NCBI GenBank assembly: GCA_004298665.1
Contig: SCQY01000254.1
Location: 1-59,719 of the forward strand
Source of the DNA: a bacterium
GTDB lineage: Bacteria; Vulcanimicrobiota; Vulcanimicrobiia; Vulcanimicrobiales; SCRA01
Length of the DNA stretch: 59,719 nt
Reading direction: 5' to 3'
The first letter of the stretch is position 1; the number at the start of each line of letters is the position of its first letter. The notes beneath the pieces were generated by a model that saw only the letters and a program-made list of their open reading frames with translations, was not told the origin of the DNA and did not search any database. Of this stretch, positions 37,923-47,002 are shown in pieces. A program made the position numbers and the translations under genes.

Positions 37923-38287
37923 CGGCAGCGGAGGTCGCTGCCGGCGTCTATGCGGCGTTGCAGAGCCACCGGTATGCGTTCAACGGCGAAGCCCAGCTCC
38001 AGGACGGGATCGAGCAGGTGCTCGTCGATGCGGGCTTTGTCGTACAACGAGAGGCCCATCTCTCGAAGGCCGACCGCCCCGACTTCGTTGTAGCGCCTGG
38101 CGTCGGGATCGAGGTGAAGGTCGCCGGTAGTCCTTCGGCTGTGACACGCCAGCTCTTCCGTTACGCGCAGCACCCCGAGATCCACGCGCTTGTGCTCGCA
38201 ACGACGCGGATGGCGCACCTTCACGTTGCTCGAGAGCTCGCCGGAAAACCCGTGGTGCTCGCCGTGATCAACGGAGGGCTTCCGTGA
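37919..38287 (+). CDS. Small PD-(D/E)xK nuclease-like protein
   Basis: E..LQ, RPDFVV...GIEVK, QLFRYA. Confidence 0.7.
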   Translation: MTAAEVAAGVYAALQSHRYAFNGEAQLQDGIEQVLVDAGFVVQREAHLSKADRPDFVVAPGVGIEVKVAGSPSAVTRQLFRYAQHPEIHALVLATTRMAHLHVARELAGKPVVLAVINGGLP

Positions 38288-40059
38288 GAACCTATGGACA
38301 GCTGAGCTTCGGCCAAGGGAGTTGGACCCTCTCGGGCGAGCCGCAGCTCATCATCCGGGCGAAGCGTATCTTCGATCGCGCTTTCAAGGGCCGTGTCGGC
38401 GCCATCGCACTATCCGACACGGCCGAGAACGCCCGCGAGCTCGAGTGGCTGATGAACCGCTACCCGCTCGAGATGGCCGAACCCGATCGTCTGCATCTCT
38501 TGGACCGCGCGCGCGACTATGATCGGCGGCTTGAAACCGTCGCGCGGATTCTCGCCGAGGGTTACGAGCCGCCGGCCTTCGAGTTGGCGGAGCCACTGCG
38601 TCACTACCAGCGCGTCGGCGCCGATCTCCTCCTCGAGAGCCGGAGCCTCCTTCTTGCCGATGACGTTGGCTCCGGGAAGACCATGACCAGCTTCGGGGCC
38701 CTCACCGACGGTCGAACGCTTCCCGCTCTCGTAGTAACGCTCACGCACCTGCCGATTCAATGGCAGCGCCAGCTCGCGCGCTTCGCGCCGGCGCTGCGGT
38801 CCTACATCGTGAAGACCGCGCGTCCCTACGGCTTCAATGCCAAGAGGAAGGAGCGCGAGCCGCTGGATCTCGCCAAGAGCATCGAGGCGGGTGCGCCGTT
38901 CCCCGATGTGGTGCTGATGTCATACTCGAAGCTGGCAGGGTGGGCCGATTACCTAAAAGGGCGCTTCCGGTACGTCATTTTTGACGAGTGCCAAGAGCTT
39001 CGACGTCCTAGGAGCCGCCGGTACGCCGCCGCGCGCGGCGTTGCCGCCGATGCTGACTTCCGTATTGGTCTGAGCGCTACTCCGATCTACAACTACGGCG
39101 CAGAGATGTTTCACGTGCTGGACGTCCTCTCGCCCGGTGAGCTGGGAACATTCGAGGAATTCACACGTGAGTGGTGCGGCGCACCTGGTGGAGAGAGGGT
39201 GCTGGATCCTGCTGCCTTTGGGATGTATCTGCGCGAGCGGGGGCTCATGCTCCGGCGTACGGTAAAGGAGCTCAGGCTCGAGGTGCCCGAAGCCGAGCCG
39301 ATCCCGCACTACGTGGAGGCTGATCTTGAGGCCATCGAGCAAGTGCAGGACCGCGCGGCCGAGCTCGCGCGCATCATCCTAGCGCAAGGAGCGCACGGTT
39401 TCGACAAGCTCCAGGCCACGCAAGAGTTCGATTGGCGGCTCCGCATGGCGACGGGTATCGCGAAGGCGCCCTACGTCGCCGACTTCGTCCGGCTGCTCCA
39501 CGAGAGCGGAGAGCAAAAGATCGTGCTCTACGGCTGGCACCGCGAGGTCTACGGGATCTGGCTCGAGCGGCTCAAGGATCTCCGGCCGGTGCTCTACACG
39601 GGCAGCGAGTCGTCGGTGCAGAAGGACCGCGCGCGACAAGCCTTCGTCGACGGCGACGCCGATGTGCTGATCATCTCGCTTCGCGCTGGCGCGGGCCTCG
39701 ACGGCCTGCAATTCGCCTCGCGCACCCTGGTCTTCGGCGAGCTCGACTGGAGCCCAGGCGTGCATGAGCAATGCATCGGGCGCCTCAAGCGCGACGGGCA
39801 GACGCGGCCAGTGCTCCCGTACTACTTGCTCTCCGATCACGGCTCGGATCCGGTACTCGCCGAGACCCTTGGTGTAAAGGGCCAACAAATCCGCGGCATA
39901 CGCGACCCGAACACCCCTCTAGTCGAAGCACTCTCGCAGACCGGGGCCGATGTCCGCAAGCTCGCCGAGGAGTTTCTGCGGCAGCGCGGACTCGACCATC
40001 GCGCCGATGAGGCGGCGGCCACCGCGATCGCGAATCAGCTCACGCTCGACGTCGCGTAA
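38284..40059 (+). CDS. SNF2-family helicase/translocase
   Basis: LLADDVGSGKT, IFDECQ, LSATPIYN, SLRAGAGLDGLQ, ELDWSP..HEQCIGRLKRDGQ. Confidence 0.9.
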   Translation: MRTYGQLSFGQGSWTLSGEPQLIIRAKRIFDRAFKGRVGAIALSDTAENARELEWLMNRYPLEMAEPDRLHLLDRARDYDRRLETVARILAEGYEPPAFELAEPLRHYQRVGADLLLESRSLLLADDVGSGKTMTSFGALTDGRTLPALVVTLTHLPIQWQRQLARFAPALRSYIVKTARPYGFNAKRKEREPLDLAKSIEAGAPFPDVVLMSYSKLAGWADYLKGRFRYVIFDECQELRRPRSRRYAAARGVAADADFRIGLSATPIYNYGAEMFHVLDVLSPGELGTFEEFTREWCGAPGGERVLDPAAFGMYLRERGLMLRRTVKELRLEVPEAEPIPHYVEADLEAIEQVQDRAAELARIILAQGAHGFDKLQATQEFDWRLRMATGIAKAPYVADFVRLLHESGEQKIVLYGWHREVYGIWLERLKDLRPVLYTGSESSVQKDRARQAFVDGDADVLIISLRAGAGLDGLQFASRTLVFGELDWSPGVHEQCIGRLKRDGQTRPVLPYYLLSDHGSDPVLAETLGVKGQQIRGIRDPNTPLVEALSQTGADVRKLAEEFLRQRGLDHRADEAAATAIANQLTLDVA

Positions 40060-40215
40060 GATACCAGGCGCTCACGGGACGCACCGGGTAGCGCGAGGGG
40101 CGATGCCAGGCCGGGGCGGTTGCATCCGAGCTACAAAGAGTATGTGGTGGTGGAGCGGCGCCCCCCCGTCTGCTTGGTGAACACTCGAAGCCGTTGGCAT
40201 GACGTCGAACGGAGG

Positions 40216-40380
40216 TCAGGACTCGCCGAGCAGCTCGCGACGCAGCGCTACCTGCACCGTAGAGCGAGACAGCCGCCGGCGGTCGCGGTGTGCGTACGCG
40301 CCGGGTCGGTGCGCCAGAGCGTTTGCTGCTGCGGCGCCGAGGCGCGGGGTGAGCGGGGGGCGGCGTCCTTTCTTAGCCAT
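40216..40380 (-). CDS. Small basic hypothetical protein
   Basis: TATCAT-6nt-ATG leaderless start. Confidence 0.35.
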   Translation of the reverse strand: MAKKGRRPPLTPRLGAAAANALAHRPGAYAHRDRRRLSRSTVQVALRRELLGES

Positions 40381-40611
40381 GTCCCTATGATAACATCTGG
40401 CGAACAGCACGGCCCGAGGCTTCAGCCTGCTGCGCCGGGCGCATCAGTGATCGCCGGTTCGTCGATGCTCACAGTAGCGTGCCGATGGTAAGGCCCAACT
40501 TGGGCCAACACCGTAAGCCTAGCGATTACGAGCGCGCGTCACCTTGCGCATACGCCGGGCGACCGATCATGGCACCAGTTTCGTATCGATGTCGCCGCAC
40601 TCTGCGGATTA

Positions 40612-40872
40612 TTACGATCCGTCGCCATGTGCGTCAGCCACCGTCGATGGCAGTAGGGCGTCTCTGAAGGTGCGCAGGGCCTCTAGCGGCGTTTCGCCCT
40701 CGTGCTTAGGCGTGATCGTATCGCCAAGGAACGTCCCATAGGCGATCCACCGGGAGCCGAAGGTCCCAATGCGCACCTCGGGGCGCAGAGCGGGACCCCA
40801 ATACGAGCGCAGGAGGTCGCGCACCTCATTTGCGAGCGTGGAGAGTCGCTCGCGTTTTCGAGCGGTCGTCAT
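40612..40872 (-). CDS. Hypothetical protein
   Basis: Leaderless start in a palindrome variant. Confidence 0.55.
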   Translation of the reverse strand: MTTARKRERLSTLANEVRDLLRSYWGPALRPEVRIGTFGSRWIAYGTFLGDTITPKHEGETPLEALRTFRDALLPSTVADAHGDGS

Positions 40873-40886
40873 ACCTTGATTATAGC
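40870..40886 (-). promoter_or_regulatory. Palindrome variant, leaderless type
   Basis: GCTATAAT-CAA-GGTATG. Confidence 0.6.
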
Positions 40887-41521
40887 GCCGGCGTTCGGAC
40901 GTGGTGCAATCGCGATCGGCGCGTTACGGCTTGCGAGCGTCGCGAAGGCGAACTCCGGCGTCGAGGATGATCGACAGGTCGAGCGTTCACGCGGGCGAGG
41001 TGTGCGAAGGCCGCGTCGGCGTCACCGTAGAGGCTCGTACGGCCGTAGTGGGTTACCTGGTGGCACTCGAAGCACAGACAGATGATGCGCTGCAGCCGTT
41101 GCACCAGGCGCACCGCGTCGTACGACCAGCGCTCGTGGGCGTCCAAACGACGAGTGCGACCGTCGCCGGCCCACGCCGCAGTAGCCGGGTCCCACCGGGC
41201 GCCACAGATCTCGCAAACCCGCCCTGCCCGCTCGTAAACGAAACGCCGCAGACGGTCCCAATCGGCGGCCGCCACGCTTGTGCGAACGTTCGTGAAGAAG
41301 CACGACGACGGAACGAGGTCAACGAAGAGGCCATTTCCGCCATACTGCCGGTCCTCGCCCGGGAGCTCAACGAGCGGTTCGCGCGTCCAGCGCGCGAAGG
41401 GCATCGGATCGACCTCAGGCGGAACATACCGGCGCCGCGCCGCGCGGTCCCACCGGGCGCCTATCGCCTTTGCCTGTTCCTTCTCGGCGAAGGGGACCTC
41501 GAGGTACCGTTGTTCACCCAC
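40880..41521 (-). CDS. DUF5710 + HNH-like nuclease, C-terminus probably truncated
   Basis: YLEVPFAEKEQAKAIGARWD; DLVP.SC.FTNVR; CEICG; HERW; CLCFECHQVTH; tail becomes low-complexity. Confidence 0.65.
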   Translation of the reverse strand: MGEQRYLEVPFAEKEQAKAIGARWDRAARRRYVPPEVDPMPFARWTREPLVELPGEDRQYGGNGLFVDLVPSSCFFTNVRTSVAAADWDRLRRFVYERAGRVCEICGARWDPATAAWAGDGRTRRLDAHERWSYDAVRLVQRLQRIICLCFECHQVTHYGRTSLYGDADAAFAHLARVNARPVDHPRRRSSPSRRSQAVTRRSRLHHVRTPAL

Positions 41522-42065
41522 GGGAAGACTCTCCGAATCGGAACGGGAGCTGCTCTTGGTATGTTAGTGCGGCTCGATCAGCTTGGGGCGCCGGGGCAAG
41601 GGCGGTTGTGACGGCTCCGGCCGGCGCTGGCGTGGCCGAGCGCCGACGCGGCGTCGCCGTCAGCGCGAGTGCGGCGCCCGCCGTCGCGGCGACGTCGGCG
41701 GGAACGTCGAAGAAGCCGAGTTTGCCGTGGCACGGTATCGGCGTAGCGAGAGCGCGTACCTCCTCGAGGATGAAGCACCATGGACCGGAGATCCACTCCA
41801 CCTGATCAGGGTATCGCGTTTCCGCCGTTTCGTCGTCGATGCAGTCCACGAGTCGCGCGACACCAACGATCGCGCCGCACGCGAGTTCCTCCGGCACCGA
41901 GAAGCTATCAGCTCGGAGCATCTCCACGGAGTCACGCTCGATCGTCTTCCCCGCGTGGATGAAGACTTCGCCGCGGAAGCGCGTCGGCCACGTACGGTTC
42001 TCGATGCGCTTGTTCGCGTAGAGGATCGCCCAAGACCAGGGGTGACGGATCGAGAGAGCTTTCAT
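41514..42065 (-). CDS. ASCH-domain protein
   Basis: MKALSIRHPWSWAI...KRIENRTW...RGEVFIHAG. Confidence 0.85.
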   Translation of the reverse strand: MKALSIRHPWSWAILYANKRIENRTWPTRFRGEVFIHAGKTIERDSVEMLRADSFSVPEELACGAIVGVARLVDCIDDETAETRYPDQVEWISGPWCFILEEVRALATPIPCHGKLGFFDVPADVAATAGAALALTATPRRRSATPAPAGAVTTALAPAPQADRAALTYQEQLPFRFGESSRG

Positions 42066-42166
42066 GCTGGAAACCGCTCGCTGTGCGGCGCGAGGCGAGT
42101 GGAGTCAAAACGCAGATTGCGATCCTCGTTATGCATCGGCCGTCTCCAGCGGCGTTATCTTGTGGT

Positions 42167-42334
42167 TCACGACTTCGCCTCTTCCTGGCACGACGGGCGG
42201 TGGATCTTCCTCGTCTTCATTCCACCGTTGACGAGCGTTCCGCCGCCAGGTCCACAGATCGCGCACTTAACGACGTGCCCCTCGACCGGGCGTGGTGCGC
42301 TCCGCACGACCTCGGTTAGCATGTTATCGCTCAT
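42167..42334 (-). CDS. 55-aa hypothetical protein
   Basis: MSDNMLTEVVRS...CAICG...HRPSC. Confidence 0.35.
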   Translation of the reverse strand: MSDNMLTEVVRSAPRPVEGHVVKCAICGPGGGTLVNGGMKTRKIHRPSCQEEAKS

Positions 42335-42398
42335 GGTGCCTAGGAAGGATGCGGCAAGGGGCCAGAGCGTTACCGGCGGAAACGATTCTCTTCACGAG

Positions 42399-43229
42399 CT
42401 AGCCTCCCGCTTCGGCGAGCGCCGCACCCCCGGGGAATTGTGACCACTCGAGGTCGTCCAGCTCGCGCCCTGCGCGCTTCTTTCCGACGAGGCCATAGAA
42501 GTCGCCGTTAAGATAGCACTCACGGCGCGCATAGCCAAAGTCCGGCGTCCACTCGCCCCATTGCTTGAAGAAGAAGGGGATACGAGCGGCCGCGCAGCGG
42601 TCGCGCACTTCGCGGACCCACGCGCGCGCCATCGGACGCGCTCCGGGCCCACTCTCGCCGCTGACGATCACCCAGTCGATGCCCGTGAAGTCGACGGCGT
42701 CAACGGGGCCAAGGAGCGGCTCGAGCGAGAGGAACCGCACGGCCGCCGGCGTCTCGCGGAGCATGTCCGCACGCCACGCAAAGGCGTTCGATTCGATGCT
42801 CACGCCCAGCCAAGCATTGGGGAGCGGCACGGCCCGCAGGAAGCCGACTGACGAGGCTTCCGTGTATGCATAGTAGTCGTGCACAACCCGACGCATCTGT
42901 TCGGGGCGTTTCGTCAGGATCTGATACGTGTGCTGAGCGGCCGAATTCATGGTGTCGAAGATGCGGTCGATAAACGCGTCCGGGACATCCTTGTGGAAAA
43001 GGTCGCTCATGCTGTTCACGAAGATCCGCCGAGGCTTGCGCCACCGACGCGGCTGCTGAAGACGGTCCTCGCGAAGCGTCACGTCGAAGCCGCGGGGGAA
43101 TGCTTTGGAGCCGCCGAAGCGCTCCGCTACACGCCGCGCATAGGAGTGGTCGCAGCCCGGCGAAACCTCGGTGCAGCCCGTTACGGGGTTCCATGTAGCG
43201 TCGGTCCACTCGATCGTCGTATTGGTCAT
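42399..43229 (-). CDS. Phage Gp37/Gp68 (DUF5131) protein
   Basis: TTIEWTDATWNPVTGCTEVSPGCDHSYA, FVNSMSDLFH, LTKRP, FLSLEPLLG, WVIVSGESG, FFKQWG; third Cys of the CxxxxxxCxxC motif reads Ser. Confidence 0.9.
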   Translation of the reverse strand: MTNTTIEWTDATWNPVTGCTEVSPGCDHSYARRVAERFGGSKAFPRGFDVTLREDRLQQPRRWRKPRRIFVNSMSDLFHKDVPDAFIDRIFDTMNSAAQHTYQILTKRPEQMRRVVHDYYAYTEASSVGFLRAVPLPNAWLGVSIESNAFAWRADMLRETPAAVRFLSLEPLLGPVDAVDFTGIDWVIVSGESGPGARPMARAWVREVRDRCAAARIPFFFKQWGEWTPDFGYARRECYLNGDFYGLVGKKRAGRELDDLEWSQFPGGAALAEAGG

Positions 43230-43302
43230 ACGGTTCCCCTTCGATTGTTACCCAGCCACGCCGCGAGGACGGAAGCCACGTCGCCGCGCGGTCGAGCGTT
43301 AA

Positions 43303-44013
43303 TCATGCAGCGTGACCAGCCATGACGGCACGCAAGCGCTTGATGGCCGCTTGGCGGATCTGAGTGACCCGTTGGCGCGAGAGCCCTATGTCGCCGGCGA
43401 TTGCTTCAACACGATCGCCGGCGACGTAGTGCCGCTCGAGGACGAGGCGCTCGCGCGGCGGAAGACTAGCGATCGCCGCTTTCAGGGCCCGAGCTGTCTC
43501 CGTTTGGCAATAGTCGGTCAGCGGATCGCCGCCCATGGACGGCTCGAAAGCGTTTTGCGGGAACGGAGTGTCCAGCGAGAGCACGGTTCTGAAGCCATCC
43601 CTCGCCGCTATCTGCCGCTGCCGGCGGACGCTCACGCCGGTCACCGCCGCAATTTCGGCTTCCGAGGCCTTTTCGGCCGTGCGGCTGTAGATCGCATGTC
43701 GGGCCGTGTCGATCGCGCGCCAATCCCGTCGAACGCCGTCCGGGAGTGGGTCGAGCTGGCGCGCCCCGTTCAACATCATGCTCTTGGCCACACGATAGAC
43801 GTACGTCGCCAGAGAGGCGCCCCGCGACGGATCGAAAGTCTTCAGGGCTCGCGCGATTCCGACCAATCCCTCGCTGAGGAGGTCGTCGTATGCGACCGGT
43901 ATCCTTGCCGCGACCGAGCGCGCGAGACGGCGCACGACGGGGAGCATTGCGGCGGCCATGGCCTCGCGTTCATCGGCAGTCCAGGGGGATGCGCCCGCAA
44001 CCATGCCAGCCAC
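43303..44013 (-). CDS. Sigma-70 family factor, FliA/WhiG (sigma-28)-like
   Basis: DDLLSEGLVGI...FDPSRGASLATY; AIASLPPRERLVL...EAIAGDIGLSRQRVTQIR. Confidence 0.85.
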   Translation of the reverse strand: MAGMVAGASPWTADEREAMAAAMLPVVRRLARSVAARIPVAYDDLLSEGLVGIARALKTFDPSRGASLATYVYRVAKSMMLNGARQLDPLPDGVRRDWRAIDTARHAIYSRTAEKASEAEIAAVTGVSVRRQRQIAARDGFRTVLSLDTPFPQNAFEPSMGGDPLTDYCQTETARALKAAIASLPPRERLVLERHYVAGDRVEAIAGDIGLSRQRVTQIRQAAIKRLRAVMAGHAA

Positions 44014-44014
44014 G

Positions 44015-44506
44015 CTAGTGGTCCTCCCGCTGCCCCGGCCCGAACCCCGGCATGGGCTTATCGCAGGCGTAGCACCGAGGATCGCCCAACCGAAAGACCG
44101 CGATGTGCTGGTGTGAAGCGGAGGGGTTCGCCACGCTGGGGAGCGTGTCGAAGTCGGGGTTCACTGCGTCATCGTGTTCCAGGAGGATCAGATGCTTTTC
44201 GCACAGGCGCTCGTTGTCGCTCGTCGTCCTGCAGAGATAGCACGGGGAGCCGTTTACGCCGATCTCGAAGGCGCTGTTGAACGGCAGCCCGTTGTACCGA
44301 CAGAGCTCGGTGCAGTCCACGACCCGGTGCAACGTCTCGTGGTCCAACCCGTGCTGGATCGCCGCATCCCAATCGACCACGGTCAGGCCGGCCTGCTCGC
44401 CGTCGTGAAAGCGGCGCAGGTCAGCGGTGGACACAACCTCGCCTGTGTCAGGGACGTGGATCAGATCGTCCGGGTGAAGGTCGCGCTGGCGTTGTGCGTG
44501 TGGCAT
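44015..44506 (-). CDS. Cys-containing hypothetical protein
   Basis: Leaderless start in a palindrome copy. Confidence 0.55.
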   Translation of the reverse strand: MPHAQRQRDLHPDDLIHVPDTGEVVSTADLRRFHDGEQAGLTVVDWDAAIQHGLDHETLHRVVDCTELCRYNGLPFNSAFEIGVNGSPCYLCRTTSDNERLCEKHLILLEHDDAVNPDFDTLPSVANPSASHQHIAVFRLGDPRCYACDKPMPGFGPGQREDH

Positions 44507-44520
44507 ACTCATAGTATAGC
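44504..44520 (-). promoter_or_regulatory. Palindrome copy, leaderless type
   Basis: GCTATACT-ATG-AGTATG. Confidence 0.8.
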
Positions 44521-44559
44521 GTGCCATCGCGGCCGGGACGTTGCTGCGGAGGTCAGGCA

Positions 44560-46305
44560 TTACGCGACGGCCTCGTCGTTGTGACCGAGCCCGAGGGCAA
44601 CGATGGCTTGACGATAAAGGGCAAGGGCGACGTGTACCGAGACGGCATTGCCGATCTGCGCGGTTTGCGCCGTCTTGGTGCCGGTAAAGACGTAGCCTTC
44701 GGGAAATCCCTGGGCACTAGCGAGCTCGCGGGGCTGGAGCATCCGGAAGCGAATGCCGAGCTTGTAGAGTGCGCCGTCGATCTCCACCACGTAGGGCGAG
44801 TGGCCCCTGGGTTCTGTGGGCGCGAGGTACGGCTCCACGAGGTCGCCAGCGCCTCGGTGCGTCACCGTCGGGAATGGGCTGTCAACGGAGTGAGTGCGGG
44901 GCGCCTGGCCGTCGCGCTCTCCAAAGTGCGCGACCAGGAACGGCTCGACCAGGCGGACCCCGCGAGAGGTAGTCGTGATCGTGCCGAGCGGCTCGGCAAC
45001 GGACGCCGTGCCGTCGCCGTTCTGAGGCACGATAAACGGCTCCACCATGCCAACGCCGTTCTTACTCGTGATCGTGCCGAGCGGTTCATCCGTGCTCTTC
45101 GGGCGGTGCGGCGCGTCGCCGTGACGTACGTCGATCAGGAAGGGCTCGGCCACGCCGAAGCGATCGCGCGTAATGACGGTCGCGAGCGGTTCCTGGGCGC
45201 TCTTGGGACAGGCAGCATCCTTGCCGGAACCTTTGCCGTCGCGTTCGGCGTAGGAGACGATGAACGGCTCGCAAACGCGGATGAAGCCGTCGGTTGTGAC
45301 AGTCGGCATCGGGTCGTCAATCGATCGGGCGACGGCGCCGCCGTGCTGGCCGAGAGTGAACGGCCGCAGCTCTGGCTCTGCGAGGCCGAGGTGCGTACCA
45401 CCGGCACAGATCGTCGGAATGGGTGCGTCCAGGGACCGAGCATCGGCGTGCTGCCGCAGTGCGACGATGAACGGCTCGACCGCCCGGCCGGAGCAGTAGC
45501 GGCGAATGCCCGCTTCGATACGCGCGATGGTGTTTGGAGAGAGCGGCGTATCGCGCTCGAAGATGTCTTCGCTCGGCAGCGAGAAGTCGATGATCTCGCG
45601 CGCAGGCACCCAGGGAAGGCGTTGACCCGTTTCAACCTCGAGGGTCCCGGGCTTGCCGTGGGTTGGTCGCGGGAAGGTGTAAGAGTAACCGTGCGCCGCG
45701 AAGACGACGAAGAGGCGGATGCGGGTCTGTGGCTCGCCGAAGTCGGCGGCGTTCAGGAGGTCCCAGCGTCCGGTATAGCCGAGGGATTCGATAGCCGAGA
45801 ACCAGGCGTGGAAGGTCTCGCCGCGACGGTTCTTGATCGGCCGGAAGATAGGCTCGTCGTTCTTGTCCAGCACGGGTTCCCCGTGGCGATTGCGGATGGC
45901 CGCGACGGGTCCCCATTGGAGGAACTGTCTCACGTTCTCTACGATGATGATCTTCGGGTGCAACGCCTCGGCCATGCGAACGATCGACCACGCGCTCGCG
46001 CGCTTCTGGTCGTCGATACTGTGGCCGCCCTTCGCATAGCTATGCTCGGTGCAAGTTGGGCTTCCCCAAAGAATATCCAGCTTACCCTCGGGCACGAGCT
46101 TGTACGGGCTCGTGTTGTCGAGATCCATGCACCAATGCCGTTCCGCTGGAAAGTTTGCTTCGTGGCTAGCGATGGCCACGTTCCAATGGTTGATCGCCGT
46201 GAGGTGATACGACACCGAAAACTCGGCGCAGGCCGCAGCAAGGCCCGCGCTACTTCCCCCCGCGCCGCAGTACGTATCGGCAACTCGAAGCATAGGCAAT
46301 GTCAT
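44560..46305 (-). CDS. Orphan C5-cytosine DNA methyltransferase with repetitive variable region
   Basis: DTYCGAGG, WGSPTC, ENV, PQTRIR, RMLQPREL..AQGFP, QIGNAV. Confidence 0.92.
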   Translation of the reverse strand: MTLPMLRVADTYCGAGGSSAGLAAACAEFSVSYHLTAINHWNVAIASHEANFPAERHWCMDLDNTSPYKLVPEGKLDILWGSPTCTEHSYAKGGHSIDDQKRASAWSIVRMAEALHPKIIIVENVRQFLQWGPVAAIRNRHGEPVLDKNDEPIFRPIKNRRGETFHAWFSAIESLGYTGRWDLLNAADFGEPQTRIRLFVVFAAHGYSYTFPRPTHGKPGTLEVETGQRLPWVPAREIIDFSLPSEDIFERDTPLSPNTIARIEAGIRRYCSGRAVEPFIVALRQHADARSLDAPIPTICAGGTHLGLAEPELRPFTLGQHGGAVARSIDDPMPTVTTDGFIRVCEPFIVSYAERDGKGSGKDAACPKSAQEPLATVITRDRFGVAEPFLIDVRHGDAPHRPKSTDEPLGTITSKNGVGMVEPFIVPQNGDGTASVAEPLGTITTTSRGVRLVEPFLVAHFGERDGQAPRTHSVDSPFPTVTHRGAGDLVEPYLAPTEPRGHSPYVVEIDGALYKLGIRFRMLQPRELASAQGFPEGYVFTGTKTAQTAQIGNAVSVHVALALYRQAIVALGLGHNDEAVA

Positions 46306-46319
46306 ACTCTTAGTATAGC
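46303..46319 (-). promoter_or_regulatory. Palindrome copy, leaderless type
   Basis: GCTATACT-AAG-AGTATG. Confidence 0.8.
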
Positions 46320-46324
46320 TTCAC

Positions 46325-46564
46325 TTAAACGTGCGTTTGTGCGTCGCGCATCGCGCGGCGGTACGCCTCACGCTCTTTGTCGGCCACTGCACGCGGAACG
46401 TGCGAGCCGTCGTTGGCTCGCGTGAAGCAGCACGCCCAATGGAATCCGAGCGGCCCCCCATGCTGTGCGCCGTGCGGGCAGAACCAATAGCCGTCGATCT
46501 CTATGCCGCCTTCCGGCCAGCATTCGTTGGCACGCCCGTCGTGATGCTTGATGGCGGGCTTCAC
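46325..46564 (-). CDS. Small Cys/His-rich hypothetical protein
   Basis: GTGA overlap with upstream ORF. Confidence 0.4.
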   Translation of the reverse strand: MKPAIKHHDGRANECWPEGGIEIDGYWFCPHGAQHGGPLGFHWACCFTRANDGSHVPRAVADKEREAYRRAMRDAQTHV

Positions 46565-47001
46565 GGAGCCAACGCGTCGGCGGCGAGTTGCTCGTTGATG
46601 ATCGTGGCCTGAGGGTAGTGCCGGCGGATCCACCGCAGGCTTGCCGCACCGTAAGGAGCTGAGAGCTTCCGGTAGGTGCCCAGCCGGTCTCCCGGGAGCG
46701 TGAATACGAGGTGATCCCGCAAGAGCGGCGCGACGGTGCGTCGGGCGATCTCTCGGTCGAGGAGGTCGTCCACGAGCTGGTCGAGCGGCTCAAAGGGGTA
46801 GGCGCGCGGGATAGACTTCGCGTAGCGCTGAGCTTCGAGCTGGAGAGCGAGATCAACCGTCGTGTAGTCGTGCCTACCGCCACGTCCAGCGTTGCGGACG
46901 CGGAAAGCCGGGGTGCCGCCGACGTAAGCCGTTGCCGTGAAGGATGGCCTGTCGTCGGACCCGGTGTGGAAGAAGCGGATACCTCGGAGCTCGATCGTCA
47001 T
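46561..47001 (-). CDS. Hypothetical protein
   Basis: MTIELRGIRFFHTGSDDRPSFTATAYVGG...; coupled to PLD stop. Confidence 0.55.
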   Translation of the reverse strand: MTIELRGIRFFHTGSDDRPSFTATAYVGGTPAFRVRNAGRGGRHDYTTVDLALQLEAQRYAKSIPRAYPFEPLDQLVDDLLDREIARRTVAPLLRDHLVFTLPGDRLGTYRKLSAPYGAASLRWIRRHYPQATIINEQLAADALAP

Positions 47002-47002
47002 G

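Noticed and set aside
32594-40059. Helicases plus Mrr as a known defence system (DISARM, BREX, type III RM)
   Set aside because: Required partner genes and gene order are missing, and the neighbours (ArdC, HD-GYP) fit plasmid cargo.
44521-46425. 634-aa plus-strand ORF
   Set aside because: Antisense shadow of the C5 methyltransferase, with no motifs of its own. The same applies to many long shadow ORFs in this GC-rich DNA (e.g. 1448..2314, 9673..10824, 20311..21093, 43312..44280).
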